Assembly: GCA_040954595.2 (NCBI GenBank)
Contig: CM082589.2
Location: 6,817,186-6,881,185, forward strand
Direction of reading: 5' to 3'
Length of the DNA stretch: 64,000 bases
Source of the DNA: Balanoglossus misakiensis
Taxonomy: Eukaryota > Animalia > Hemichordata
Every line of letters starts with the position of its first letter. Within the stretch, counting starts at the first letter, position 1. This document shows, in pieces, positions 37,867-51,500 of this stretch. The notes under the pieces were generated by a model. It saw only the letters and a list, made by a program, of their open reading frames with translations, did no database searches and was not told where the DNA came from. The position numbers were made by a program, and so were the translations under genes.

Positions 37867-39990
37867 ATTGGTTGCGGTAAAGGTAATTAGTACCAGCATT
37901 TGATTCATATTCGGGGATTGATAGTAGATTTTGACACCAGCAGTGGATCCATATTCGGAGATCCATAGATACGTGTAGAATTTAGAGAAAACAGTAAAAT
38001 GTAACAGGTTTGAACTGAGTGCGAGTGTAGCAAGCTATCATGTATATATTCACATTGTTGTCAACACTCCACTTTCAACATTCATGCATCGTCAACTTTC
38101 TCGTGGTCAACTGAAGGCTTTGCAATACTTTGCCAAAGACGTTCCATTCTCTGATAGCTTTATCGGTGGGTTTCATTCTCACAGGGACCTTGGGTAGTCT
38201 TGTGGTTAATTAAACGTTTAGGCTCAAAAAGAATAAATGTTGGTGGTGGTGGTGGTGGCTTGCCATACAACGACGCACTTTTCGAACTCTTAGGAAATAT
38301 GGAGATACATTCTATTTCCCATATCCTCCGTTCTCGTACACGCTCTATCTGAAGTGCTCGCTTTGGCCGCTCGTGCTGCGCTCGCTAATATCGTTATTTT
38401 CTTGATATTTTAACGAAAAGTACCAAAACAGGAAAAACGCTGCCACATAGAGCTGTTCAGATATTTTGACAACTCCCTGTTTTCTATCTTTTTTGTTTAA
38501 AATTCATTGATGTACAAGTACACAAAAAGCTTATAAAAACAGTAAAATTTTAAGTGTGTGTGCGCAAACGCATGTGTAAAGAATCATGCATTTTATTATA
38601 TTTACTATTGGCCACAGCTGCAAAGAAATGTAGTTTGGGGTCGCTACGTTCGCTTTCTGATAATGTCCGCGACCCTAGTAGCTATTGCCACGTAGGCCTG
38701 CCACGTTTGTTGGGTGACGTGACCGTGGTAGTACCAAGGTTCAGTAGGCCTATAGAACCTGTCGATGTCCGATTTACATGTACTTGCACTCAGAGGATGA
38801 TCTTCCAACGTTTTCAATAGTTGTAAGGCTGTATCCAGGCGCACGCATCATGTGACTAATCACCACAATATCCATAATCCACCACATTGAAAGAAGATGA
38901 TTTTTAAATGCATTCCAGAACTTTTTGACAAATATACACTTTCATCAAGCCACACATGCATATCATTTCAAGTATTTTTGTTTATTTTTAAAATTGTATA
39001 CGCGCAATAAGAACTCCCGACTGCTGCCAGATGTATCTCAAATCATACTTGTCGGAAAGAAGATTATCGCGACATCGAATCGGTTTGTTGTGCGGCGGCA
39101 AAACAGTATCGTCGTCAAAAATCCATAACAACCGCACAGTCCTTAACAACAATTGCACAACCATTCTATTGCTTGGTTACTGAGGATGATATTTATTATC
39201 CGGTTTGTATCATTCCTTCACGAGCATAAAATCGCCTCTTACAAGAAGGTAAAACTCAAAACTCACCAGAGGGGGGCCACACACCTAAATCGTATCGGGG
39301 AAAATGATTCAGTGAATTATGGGTTTGATAATGCAATAGTCAAGACCCGCGTTCAGTAGCAAATATCCTTCCCATTTGGTAACATTCCGTCAGTTTTTCT
39401 CTTCTCCAAAAGAAATCTAGTACAAATTGCGGTTGAGAAGGAGTCAACAACACGAGTGACATCAGTTGGAATAACGCAATGATGATGATTTCTCAGTAAA
39501 ATCTCCCAAAAATTATGAAATTTCAGTTTTAGGGTGAAATCGCCATTTAAAAATTACAAAAGTGTCTTTCTCGTGACACAAAACAGGATTATTTACGGAT
39601 ATAGAGTTCAATGACAAGTCTGAGAAGAAATAAGAACAGAAAAATGGTGTTAGGAATTCTCATGATTGGAATCTTTGAATACATGTTCAGTAGTCGAGTA
39701 CATGTAATCCACATTTGTACATCGATCACTTTTCGCACTTGCTTTGACCTTTACCACCCGGAAATCGAATTTGTTGTTTCAAATGAGCGCATTTTCGACA
39801 ATTAACAAAATGAGCGTCGATGGAATGATGCAACACAGGGGATGTTGCTATAGGAAAATATAATGCCACAAAATTGTATCGCATTAACCCACCACCTTTC
39901 TTATCATCTCTCTTATGTTTACAAGAAAATATGTTGATCACTCTTTCTCGTGCCTTGCAATCGATTCTTAACATACAGGCAATGAATATT

Positions 39991-41010
39991 CTAGTTCTTG
40001 TTCATATCGGCATACCAAGGTACAGCTCTGTCAGTCTCATTGATGGGTTCTTTCACTTGGTAATAAATGAAACGAGCGATTTCCCCGACCGTGTTATTCA
40101 TCGTCTTTATGTTCTCTGGGTCGACGAGCGGGTAGCCATATCTCCGCACTGTTCGAAAGAAATAGTGGATCGCATACCGTGGTTTAGACCAATCCATCGG
40201 AAGGTTGTATTGTTCATACCAATTATCAGCCTTGAACGTCTCATATTCAACGTGAACAAGATCTGTGTGTTTTTCGACGATGTTGCTTAGGTTGTTTATT
40301 GAATTACAAGTGAAACAGTCAGGATCATACTGCTTATAGTTATCATAGAACAGACGTAGCAGTGGAGCATTTTTGGCGGCAAACAGAATACCGTTACAAA
40401 TTTTACCAGGACCCGGTCTGTTAACGGTCATTTCGTAATTAAGAAGTGGCTGTACGGACTTAATTAGCCAAATGTCCAAATCGAAGTAGGCGCCGCCAGT
40501 TTCACGTAGAACTTCTAGTCGCATAATGTCACTTTGGTGCCAGGGTGAACTTCTCAGTGTAACATTGAAAATTGACGTTGGCGCTTGACGATGGACGATC
40601 TCCAGCTCCTCGATTTTCTTCGCTTCCTCCCAAAGTTCCCCGACTGGTTCACAGTCGGTGTGGAACAGCATTCGTTTTGGCGCCATCATCTTGTGGACGC
40701 TAACCATGGTGATGAGATGGTAAAACTGGAATCGAAGTCTACACCCAACCCATGTGAAGTGGGCTATGTTCGGAACCACTGGATTTTTCTCTGGTCGAAG
40801 CAGACCCCGCTCTTCGTCTCCCTGCCTGTTTTTTTCTGAATGGAATGTTAACGTTGGAAAGTTCTGCTTCGCTTCTCCGCGAATTACTCCAGAAGTGTTG
40901 TCTGCATCACATCGACAGGGGACAAGTTTTGTGGACCGAGAAAAGAGAAATTCGAAACTGGCCACGGACACCAAAACCAGTAGAAGGAGCCTTTGTTTTG
41001 CCATCGACAT
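39991..41010 (-). CDS. GT32-family DXD glycosyltransferase (alpha-1,4-GlcNAc/Gal transferase-like), type II membrane protein, 339 aa, single coding exon
   Basis: Uninterrupted ORF with an N-terminal basic tail and hydrophobic anchor (RLLLLVLVSVASFEFLF) followed by a stem region. It carries VPNIAHFTW, HQSDIMRLEVLRETGGAYFDLD (SD..R...L...GG.Y.DxD signature of the GT32/Gly_transf_sug fold) and ICNGILFA. Confidence 0.88.
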   Translation of the reverse strand: MSMAKQRLLLLVLVSVASFEFLFSRSTKLVPCRCDADNTSGVIRGEAKQNFPTLTFHSEKNRQGDEERGLLRPEKNPVVPNIAHFTWVGCRLRFQFYHLITMVSVHKMMAPKRMLFHTDCEPVGELWEEAKKIEELEIVHRQAPTSIFNVTLRSSPWHQSDIMRLEVLRETGGAYFDLDIWLIKSVQPLLNYEMTVNRPGPGKICNGILFAAKNAPLLRLFYDNYKQYDPDCFTCNSINNLSNIVEKHTDLVHVEYETFKADNWYEQYNLPMDWSKPRYAIHYFFRTVRRYGYPLVDPENIKTMNNTVGEIARFIYYQVKEPINETDRAVPWYADMNKN

Positions 41011-41856
41011 TTTAAAGTGAATCAGGAAGAATGATGAAAATAAGTCGGCAGGTATACAGAGGGCTTAATGCAACATGTTGCGCCTGCTTCTGATTCGAAT
41101 GGCGTTATGTAACCTAAGTGTCGATATTGAAAATCTGTCACGTTTTACAACACTGAGAGACATTCAGTATTATGCACACCTGATTAATTTGTTGGTGGGA
41201 ACACGATGTCTCGTAATTCTTGGTGAGAACACGTGCCACACGTCAGCTTGCTGTCCGATTTACTTGTCTGCGACACACATCAACTTTGAATTTAGTCTAT
41301 TTTTCCATTTCTCTAAGAAATTAAGAAATGCATTCTATTTCTATGGCACAAATCATTTATAAATTTTCACTATCCATAGGCCTAATACGTGAATATGAAG
41401 TTGTATTAGAAATACTAATATTCAAATCCCCACTTTAAACACTATAAACTTTACTTTAATGCGGTTAATTCCTTCTTGACAGATCTGGATTTGATATTTA
41501 TACATTTTTATCCAAATAATTGACACCAGAAAATACTATGTGACTTGCATATACCAGTTTTTATATATAGCTGTCCAGTTATCAAAGTTAGTTTAAGTTA
41601 TTTGTGTATAGCGTTTCATAATTCATACATTCATCTCTGACGTGCCTACTGTTTGGCATATATTTATGGAGGTACTCAGGTAGCCATATTTGAGTGTGGC
41701 ACCAGTTTTTACTTATATTGTAAAAATGTTCACATGCAGTCCTCGTACTGCAAGTGCATCACCAGCTTCTGAAAGTGTTTACACCTCTCGGCCCTGATTA
41801 GAGTACACGTAGGCCTATACCCTGGATATACTAGAAATTCAAACTGTAAAAGCCCC

Positions 41857-41968
41857 CAATCTGATTAAAATCAGATGTAGGGAACGGCGACGTGGTTTTT
41901 TATGCTGTCGCCTCAGCATAAAAAAAAACCCACGTCGCCGTTCCCTTCATCTGATTTTAATCAGATTG
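41857..41968. mobile_element. 112-bp foldback MITE with a 9-bp target duplication (Mutator/Foldback-like)
   Basis: Near-perfect palindrome CAATCTGATTAAAATCAGATG.AGGGAACGGCGACGTGG..TTTTTATGCTG / CAGCATAAAAA..CCACGTCGCCGTTCCCT.CATCTGATTTTAATCAGATTG. It is flanked on both sides by AAAAGCCCC (41848-41856 and 41969-41977). Confidence 0.85.
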
Positions 41969-42189
41969 AAAAGCCCCCATCTTCTCCTGGGACCGTGACA
42001 GAAAACACTCATTGTCACAGTTTTCATACGGCTATCAAAGCTTACAGTCGCGGGTTTCAATATCCGGACAGTCGACAGCATGTAAAGTTGGTTGTCAAGC
42101 CAACTACTACGTACACAAGAAGCCGGTCACCGGCGATCCCATTACTACATGTACTAGTATTTTATTTATTGTACGTGGCTATTCGGTCA

Positions 42190-42530
42190 TCTGCTGATGC
42201 GGTTTGACCAATCAGAACATGTGAAGTGGTTGACGCCCTCGCTGAGTTTACTTTCAAGAGCCCCGGGAAACTGCGCCACCAACGGCATGTTAGTTTCCCA
42301 TTCATTTATTGAACTGTCATTCATTACATCTTTTGTTAATTTATATCTTTGATTTTTGAATGTAAATAACCATTGTAATTATAATTAAAGTATTCATTAG
42401 ATGTGTTACGACTTTTGTGGCAAATTTCCATACATTATTTGCCATCTGTCGATCATTGTGTTTTCTTGTTTTCGGCGGGGGTAGTGATTGCTGTTCCAAC
42501 AATAAAAAAATTTCTTCTGCTTCATTCAAA
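42190..42530 (+). promoter_or_regulatory. Putative ACSS2 proximal promoter / 5' UTR
   Basis: GACCAATCAG (NF-Y consensus) at 42206-42215 in locally CpG-rich sequence. The start codon has a strong context, CAAAATGGCG. Confidence 0.45.
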
Positions 42531-45500
42531 ATGGCGACCCACGAGGAAGCATTGAAGATGGTCTACAAACCCAGCGCCGATTTCCAGAAAGAGGCACACA
42601 TTTCGGATATGGAAAAATACAAGGAGATGCATAAACAGTCAGTCGAAGACCCCAACGCCTTTTGGACCGATATTGCAAAAGGGTTCTACTGGAAAACACC
42701 TCCGGAAGGCAAGGTGCTGAGATACAACTTCGATGTAACCAAAGGCAAGATCGACATCAAATGGTTTGAGGGGGCTGTGACCAACATTTGCTACAATGTT
42801 TTGGATCGCAACGTCAAAGATCGCGGAATCGGAGATCAGATTGCATTCTACTGGTAAGTGACACGTGGCTGAATTCGGACTTCAGCCAAGGACGAGTTCT
42901 CATAACAACGGCCCGCATTATCTGGGTCTATTATCTGTGACCTGGCCTGGCCTACTGGCACAATGACAGAGTACACGTGTGCGGAACAGTTGTGATCTAT
43001 TCTATTTGTCAGTGTTAAATTTTAAGCACAGTCCTCAATCAAAGTGAGTGAGTGAGTGAATGAATATTATTACGCGAGCAGGCAAACTAGAATGGTCTTC
43101 GGACTGCGTTTTCCGAAATAGGAAATTAAGTTTGGAACAACTTCTACTTGTAAAATCAGTGAGGTGTGAATCAGTACATTGTCGACGTGTACTTGACCTC
43201 AACATGTAAACAATACACGTAAACACATGTATTCGGGTCACCGGTGTGACTGGGGGTCCTGAAATCTTGAAGCTGTCGGTCATGGAACAAGCTGTACAGA
43301 TATCGTTGAAGCAAAATCGAGTTTTCCAAAGTAGCCTGAACACATACATCTTATCATCTGTTATGAATTAGATACAAATATCTGATATTAATTTAGAAAA
43401 TAATATGCTACACTTTCATGACATTTGTCATGTTTTCTTCAAGTAATGTAAATACACAGGTCTACTAGTCCTGTAACCTGTTGTGTTTAATTGTAATGAA
43501 TTTCCATATTTGTACAGTACATAGAACACCAATATCGCTGATGTCTAGACGTTCTATAAGAGCTGGTTGCCAGCAAATTTAAAACAACTGGCTATTGTAC
43601 ATTTCCCTTACCAGCTACTGTTCAGTCTGCCATCCCTCCCACCATCCCTCCTACCTACACATGTACATGTACCTTTCCTTGGATTCAACTGCCTACTCTT
43701 GAATAGGCTGTAATGTCAATCCATCGATGTTATGCCAGGGCTAAATTTAGTCCCTGTAATTAGCACAAAGCAATAGTTACTAGTCTATGTCATCTGTGTC
43801 ATGTTTGATAGCCATGAGTGAGATTTTAGTAGAGTCTATAATCAGAGTTGCTTGTAAACATCAACCCTTTCCTGAGGTTTTAACCCTTTCACTCCCAGTT
43901 CCCTCTGTATAGAGGTCCAACTTTACCATAGAAAACAATGGGGTTGGGTCAAACCATGGTGAAAGGGTTAGAGCGTGTGTGTTGTATAGAGAACCAGTGA
44001 TCCATGGGCATATTGACATTGCCGACCCATACATGTGCTTTTGTGTGTGATTTTATAGGGTCTCTCTCTCTGAACATGCACTGTGGATGTACTGCATTCA
44101 TGCATTACGTAACATGCATATCCGCATGATAATACTATAATGTATAAAAAGACAACAGAGTGTCTGATTTCATGGCCATGTTTTTGGTTGTGTGACATTT
44201 TCGGGGTCCCTTCTGCCAAAGCATTGTTCAGAACCGGTGTTCTTTACTATGAAGACACACCCAGTTTTCTTTTATGGAGTTTGAGAAAAGGCATGGTTGA
44301 CTCTCGTTTCAGCAGCAGGGGTCATAACTCTATAACTGTTAGACCAGGCAGTTACTAGCATCTGCAATATTTATTAAATGTAAATGTTGTGTTAACAGTA
44401 CAGTTATATTGAACCATGTTGTACCAAAAACAGTGCAACATGGAATATCAACCAATTGTGAGATATGCTAACATAAAAAGTATTCTGTGATTGAAAGACT
44501 GTTGGCAGACATGAATTTTCAACAGAACCACCTAGGCACTGGTTTAGAGTCATTTGAAGCAGTTTCCTTTTATTTTGGTCGTACATGACACAACACTAAA
44601 CATGCACAAAGCTAGATGACGTGAGAAAATGTTTTCCTATACTATAAGGCTAAATGCAATGAATTTTCTCAATTGACTCAAACCACATTTGTCAAAGGGC
44701 TCTAATATGGATTCAGTACACGTTTCGAAGATCAAGTGATAGCTAATTGAATTAAACAAGTGATTTAATCAAATCATTGCTGGGTTGCAATCACCAGTGA
44801 ACTGTGCTAATTCACTTAAAAGGTTTGTGCAACCTTCGCTCACCCTTCCTAATATAGTCTGACACTGACAGACAGAGAATTGTCCTCTCCCGGGAATATT
44901 TTTTGAGGGTGATTCTGTAGAATTTAACTTTGCTATTTTTTGTATGTCCTATGCTGACTCTTAAAGGTACGTGTATACGGTCGTGGTCACCTCCAATTTA
45001 GATACGCCCATATTTTGCTGAAATGGCGTATTTTGCGTTCTAATAAAACATATGGTGGCGCTCTTTTTTTCGCGTGTGCCACCCACTGAAAATCTGTGAT
45101 TGGCTAGATCTCAATTTGCCATGGTAACTGTAGCTATATTTGCATGGGTGACCGTATACCTTTAATGAGAGCTTGCATCACTGACTAAGGGAATTTTCAG
45201 ACAGTCGTCAGTTGTTTGGGGCGTACATTGCAATCTTTCCAGCAAATGTTGCTGGTACATGTAACTTATCAGCCTTACTCACTGTTGCCTTGCACTTTTG
45301 GCTGCCAGGGTCTGTTGCATTGGGTCTGAGTATGTGTGGGTGAGTGAAGATGATGGTGGTTGAGATCATGGTGGAAACGTTATAGAAAAAGAAGGGCAAG
45401 GTTTATAAATAAATTGTTTTGGATTCAAATTTATTCCCCTAATTACATATAATCTGGCAATGTCATTATTTCCCTCCCCAACACTGCAGGTTGATGATGC

Positions 45501-48500
45501 AATTTTAAGTTTGTCTGACTGTATACATGTAGGTATTTGTTATTTCCAAAAAATTACGGTAATATATAAAGTGTCGGACCGATGTGACTTTGTGCATCAA
45601 ACTATATATTTTGGTCCATGTACTGTTGAAATATTTTTAATGAGTGTATGGGCAAGATATTGAAATTAATTTTCATGATATGAACAGAAAATTTGCTACT
45701 ACATGTAGAAGGAAGGTGGAGATTTAATGAGAGTGGCGTTTTAACAATCAGTGAAATTCAGCAAGACTTCAGCCTTCGACAAACCCCACGGGTGGCTACT
45801 CTCAATTTGTTATTCATCAGGCCAATTGGAGGAAAGTACTTAATCTGGCACTGAATAATCCTTGCTAATAGGCCCCCCAGTCCGAATTGCGTGAACTGAA
45901 CATCACGCAATACATGTAACACAAATTAATTTGCCTTTTAAGGATTTCATAACAGTAAAACACTGAATTCAGGAAATACGCGGAATTTATCGTAAACTTT
46001 AATTTATTGACACTGACACATACAGAAGTGGTCAGTTAGTAACTGTATTTTATTAATGGGAAGTGTTGGTATATATAAAATTATTTGACCTCGGAAATAC
46101 CATGGTTGAGATCAGATTGCTTAAGGAAATATAAAAATCACTCCGAGGGCCTTTGAATTACTTTTTACAGCTCCCAGAAAACATTAAAATATTGATTGCG
46201 TTATCGCGATGTAGTACAGTAGTTAAAACGGCGTATCATTTCACTTTGAATGGTACGTGCCTTGAATGCAAAATGATGCAGCAGTCTGTGTGACTTGTTA
46301 AAGTTGAAAGTCTACTTGCAACACATCCCAAGTCAAAATTAAATTTGAATAACATCTTGATAGTGCAGTTAATTCGGTATGCGACTTGAAACTACAACTG
46401 TGAGACAAATTTTTACTTCTGCAGCCTAGAAAATTGTAAAATGTGATTATGTATTTGCGCAGTCATTGGTCATTGAGACTACTCAGAAATTTTCTTGTCC
46501 AGAAAATCAGACGTTACCATGATAAGTGACACAACCTTGGGCTGAGAAAAATTGCGAGTTGGTGATTTTCGTGAAATGATAAATGAACATTTGCTTCATC
46601 GAACACATCGTGAGTGACTCCATTCTGAGTGAGATGTTGGGAAAGATGAAATTTTTAAATTTTAGAAAGAAACTTCGTAATAGTGAAGTGAGTAGTCCTG
46701 ATGTGTTTCGTGAGTTATGAGGTCTGGGGGTTGAAATCGTGACTTGGTACATATAGACCTTGCTCGCCAGTAAAAAACATTATGTAATCATGATGGTCAA
46801 CAGGAAAAAGATGGTGTAAATGAAAGATGCCCTTTTTTCACTTTTCACAGGGAAGGTAATGACCCTGACGACAGTGCCAAGTTCACCTATGGTGAGCTCC
46901 TCAAACTTGTCTGCAAGTTTGCCAATGTCTTGAAGAATGAAGGTAAGATTATATTGTCTTTAACCCTAATGCTACTGGGTGTCATATCTGTTTAGAGTGT
47001 CAAGTCCCTTAAAATACGTATTTGCCACTTTTTCTTCTAAAACGTTTTTTGACTGTCTTGACATGGCTCTCATACGTACTTAGACACACTTGGCAGTCTG
47101 AACCCCCTGCAAAATGTACCAAATCGCAGTGGTTTGCACTGTATTGGTCTGAGGGTCTTGTATAGGCTCTACTGAATAACATGCACTTGGCAGCCTAACA
47201 GGCCAGGGAGCCAGGATTCTAGGCACCCTGGAAATCAAACCAGTTCATACTGACTTCAGCGTTAGGGTTAATTGTATACCACCGCATTATAAGAAAATAT
47301 TATTCATAAAATAAAATTAAAAAATCTAATAAAGACTGTGAAAGTGACATTAGTACGTTGATCATGACTACATCTTGGAATTCATCGCCGTAAATTTGTC
47401 CTTTGCGCTTGACAGGTGTTAAGAAGGGTGACCGCGTGGCCATCTACATGCCGATGATCATCGAATTAGTCGTGGCAATGTTAGCATGCGCCAGAATTGG
47501 GGCTGTACATTCCATTGTGGTAAGTATCGGTACCGTCGTTACTTACCCTTTCAGAGAACTAATTTGGAGGAAATTGGATAATTTTGTCCCCCCCAAAATA
47601 ATGCAACCCCCCAAAAAAAACAAAAAAACTAAAACAAAAAAAACAAAAAACAAACAAAACAGAAAACAACAGGTACAATAATACAGGACAGACTGATACC
47701 AGAATGGAATAAAGTCTTCTATTTTGAACATAGAAGATAAAATCGGTCGAAAATAAGGGAAGCAGTCCTGTATTTATGGTATAATGATACGATAATTATC
47801 AATGATATGATTGTCGATGACGCCATGAAGTGTGTGCTTGGTAGAACGCATGTAACATGTGTTGATGATAATCTGCCCATTGTAACTGCAGTAGTCCATG
47901 CGTTGCTTTGTAATCTACGACAGCTGTCGCAGACTCAATACATCCTGTCTGTGCTCTGTGGCATAAATGTCAATACGTATCATCTGGTGGGATTTTTGTC
48001 ATGCATTTATTTTATTTTGATATCTACCCGCAAAAACGAAATCACAAAGTGGTAAAATGGATTTGAAAGTGACCGGTTCAAATGGTATTCACTATTATCA
48101 TATCAGGTATAATAGTAAGATGTGAATGAGAAAACAGATGAGACAATTCTAGATTTATTGAGAGAGATCTGATTTTCTGTGACTTTGGAGAAAATAAACT
48201 GATTGTTACCAATCTGTCTGCTACATCAATTGTACTATTGCCCATTAGACATCTTTCATACTTTTGAACACCTAATATACTTTAAAAAATATTGGTTTCA
48301 TTTCTGTGTGTTTATATATTTATGCCTTTCTGGTATATATTTTTTTTCATTCCTACAGTTTGGTGGATTTTCATCAGATTCCCTTGCCGGTCGTATTCTA
48401 GATGCTAAATGCGAAATTATCGTCACCACAGGTACTTGGTTTTGCTGTTCTCAGCACTTGCTGATACCAACTTTGCTTTTTAACCCTTTCACCACCATGG

Positions 48501-51500
48501 TATGGTCCAAATCCATTGTTCTCTGTGGTAAAGTTGAACCTCTAAAGAGGAAACTGGGGGTGAAACGGTTAACAAGTGTTACAAAAAAAACCATGAAAGA
48601 TTTAAAAATGTATTCTGTTTTCAAAGTCAGCTTTAGACTACCAGTAATGTTGTCAAATGATACAAAACTGGTAATGTTGGTAAAATATTTGCGATTTGAA
48701 AACTTGAAGATACAGACGCTGGCGATGAATTTATAATTTTGAAAACTTGAGGAATTAAATATTTGTGATCTTGTTTATTGACAGATGGTGTATACAGAGG
48801 AGCCAAAGTCATCAATTTGAAGGAAATTTCAGATGGTGCAATCGCGAAATGCAAAGAACAGTAAGTGAGAGAAAATAGTTTATTATTCTCAAAACAATGT
48901 CATGTGGTTATTACACAGAAATGTTAGCATTTTGGATCTTGTCATGACAGAAATACAATGAATAGACTTTTGAATGAATCTTTGTTTCAGGGAATTTTCA
49001 GTCAAGAAATGCATAGTTGTTCGCCATTTGGGAGCTCCCGTAAACGGGGATGACAAGACTTCGTCTCCAGCACCCAAAAGACCCTGCAAGTCTCTCACGG
49101 TAAGGCAATTCTCCCTACCTTAAATAGGTTTTAAGCTACCTAAGTGAGTGATGAAAATCTCATATGGTCGACACAATTTCAAGATGGCCGATGTTTGCCA
49201 TGTTTAAGAAATGGGAGTTCATAAGCTAAAGTGATGATGGGTCATTCTGAAACTTTTTAACAGAAAAAATAACAAAATGTGAAAAAAGTTTAATGAGTTT
49301 AATATGCTAACTACAAAGACAGACATGTTTGACCAAAGGAAGTCATGAAATACAGTAAACATATCATTTTTTCTATCTCTTACTACAGTGGGTTGTCGAC
49401 TTTTCACCCAGAATGCAATGTGATTTGACCCCCTAGCGCAAAGTGAAAACCTATCTAAGGCAGCCAGAATTCTTTCATATGGATGTGTGCCTTCTTTATT
49501 CTGCTGGAGTGGATCTAATCAGTTTAAGAGATGTGCAGTTGGTTAATTGTCTAGAAAAAATGGTGTCAGCACTCGTAATGAATGAAATGTAAAGGCTTTG
49601 AATAAAATAGCCTGTGTAAGCATCAGATGATTAAACTCAACAAGCTTAGAGCTGTTATAGAGTTTTCGTTTTGTAAATTTGTTTAATGTCCATTCTCATC
49701 CCTGCTGGCATTTTCCGGGTTATTTTTTTTTCTGTTCAGACTCCCTGGAACCCGGCCAAGGATAAATGGTGGCATGAACTGATGGCAGACGCCAGCGATG
49801 AGTGCGAACCTGAATGGATGGAAGCAGAAGAACCATTGTTTATGCTATACACAAGGTTAGAAAACCTCAGTGCACTCTGTTTCAATCATGTGAAATTCTG
49901 TAAAACACTTTATTTTCGCTAGCAATAAATTTTCACGAAATACACGAGAGCCAGAATAGCGTGAAAATAAAAAGTCGCGTAATTTCTTTTGAAGATAACA
50001 ATGTAGTGAATGAAATAAGAGAACGCGAAAATTAATACTCGCAAAACAGTGGCCTCTCTCGATATCACGAAAATTTCAACTCGCGGAAAGCAAGTGTTTT
50101 ACAGTAGGTAAACAAAATTAGTGGATGAACACTGAAAAATCACATACAAATTGTCGTCCGTAATTATTCTTTTCCTTCAGTGGTTCTACTGGCAAACCAA
50201 AGGGTGTCCTGCACACAACAGGTGGCTACATGCTCTACACTGCCACAACGTTCAAATACACATTTGATTATCATCCCGGTGATGTCTACCACTGCACTGC
50301 AGACATCGGCTGGATTACTGGACACAGCTATGTTGTGTACGGACCCATGGCCAACGGAGCTACTAGTGTTATGGTAAGCTGGGGAAATCTCTTCTATGTG
50401 ATTGGTGGAATGGGTGACATGTGACATTGTCCTTGTGGGTGATTGGATGAGGCCTGATCACATGTTTGAAATTTGCATATATTGATGGAATGGGTGACAT
50501 GTGACATTGTCCTTTTGGGTGATTGGATGAGGCCTGATCACATGTTTGAAATTTGCATATTAACAAGAAAAAGTGACATGAGAATTATCTATTTTCTCTC
50601 CCTGTTCGATGGTCATATCATAAACTGATTCATATCTGCATTAAGAATGTAGCTCAGTTGGCAAAGACAGATGTGTCGTATGAAAAAAATGGCTTTGAAA
50701 ATTTTATTTCCTGTCTGGTAGTGAAGAAGATGAATTGGTGCTCTCCTTGTTTGTGTTAGCCTTAGTTAGCCTTGTGTTAGTACAACAAAGTGAAATTTTG
50801 CATCAAATATTTTTCTGATTTTCAGTTTGAAGGTGTTCCCTCGTATCCCGACGCGGGTAGATGCTGGGAGTATGTAGACAAATACAAAATCACTCAGTTC
50901 TACACAGCTCCGACTGCAATTCGTTCCCTCATGAAGCACGGAGATAACTTCGTCAAAAAGTAAGTACAAGGGAAGCCCCAGAGAAATGGGGATGCAATCT
51001 GCCATCTGTCCGTTGTACGTCTGCCACCAATCTGTTCAATCTACTATCTGTCTGTATTAAAGGGACAAAGTCTCTCTCTCGCTGCCCTTTTTCCATTAAT
51101 CATGTTTGATACAAGACACTGTTTATGTAATTCTACATGTAGATATATGGTGAATGAATGTTCAACACATACAATTTCCATCCCACTTGTAGACATGATT
51201 GTGAAATAATCGCAAAAAATGAGTAATCGGTGTTTACCATTTATTCATTTTGGCGACATTTTTACTGCAAACGGGATGGAAGATGTGTGTGGTTGAACGT
51301 TCATTCACTACATATTCACATGTACATTAACATAAACGTTGTCTTGTAAAACATAATTAATGGTAAAAGGGCAGCGAGAGAGAGACTTTGTCCCTGTAAT
51401 CGGGAATATACCTCAGCAAAATGACAAGCTAGGTAGTATTCCATTCCTTTCTGTTTTTGAAATGGTCGGAGTAACTTTGAGAGAAATTAAAAAAATAATA

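Noticed and set aside
42417-42530. In-frame 38-codon N-terminal extension of ACSS2 from a GTG
   Set aside because: The start is non-ATG in a eukaryote, the ATG at 42531 has a strong context, and the extension is not a convincing targeting peptide.
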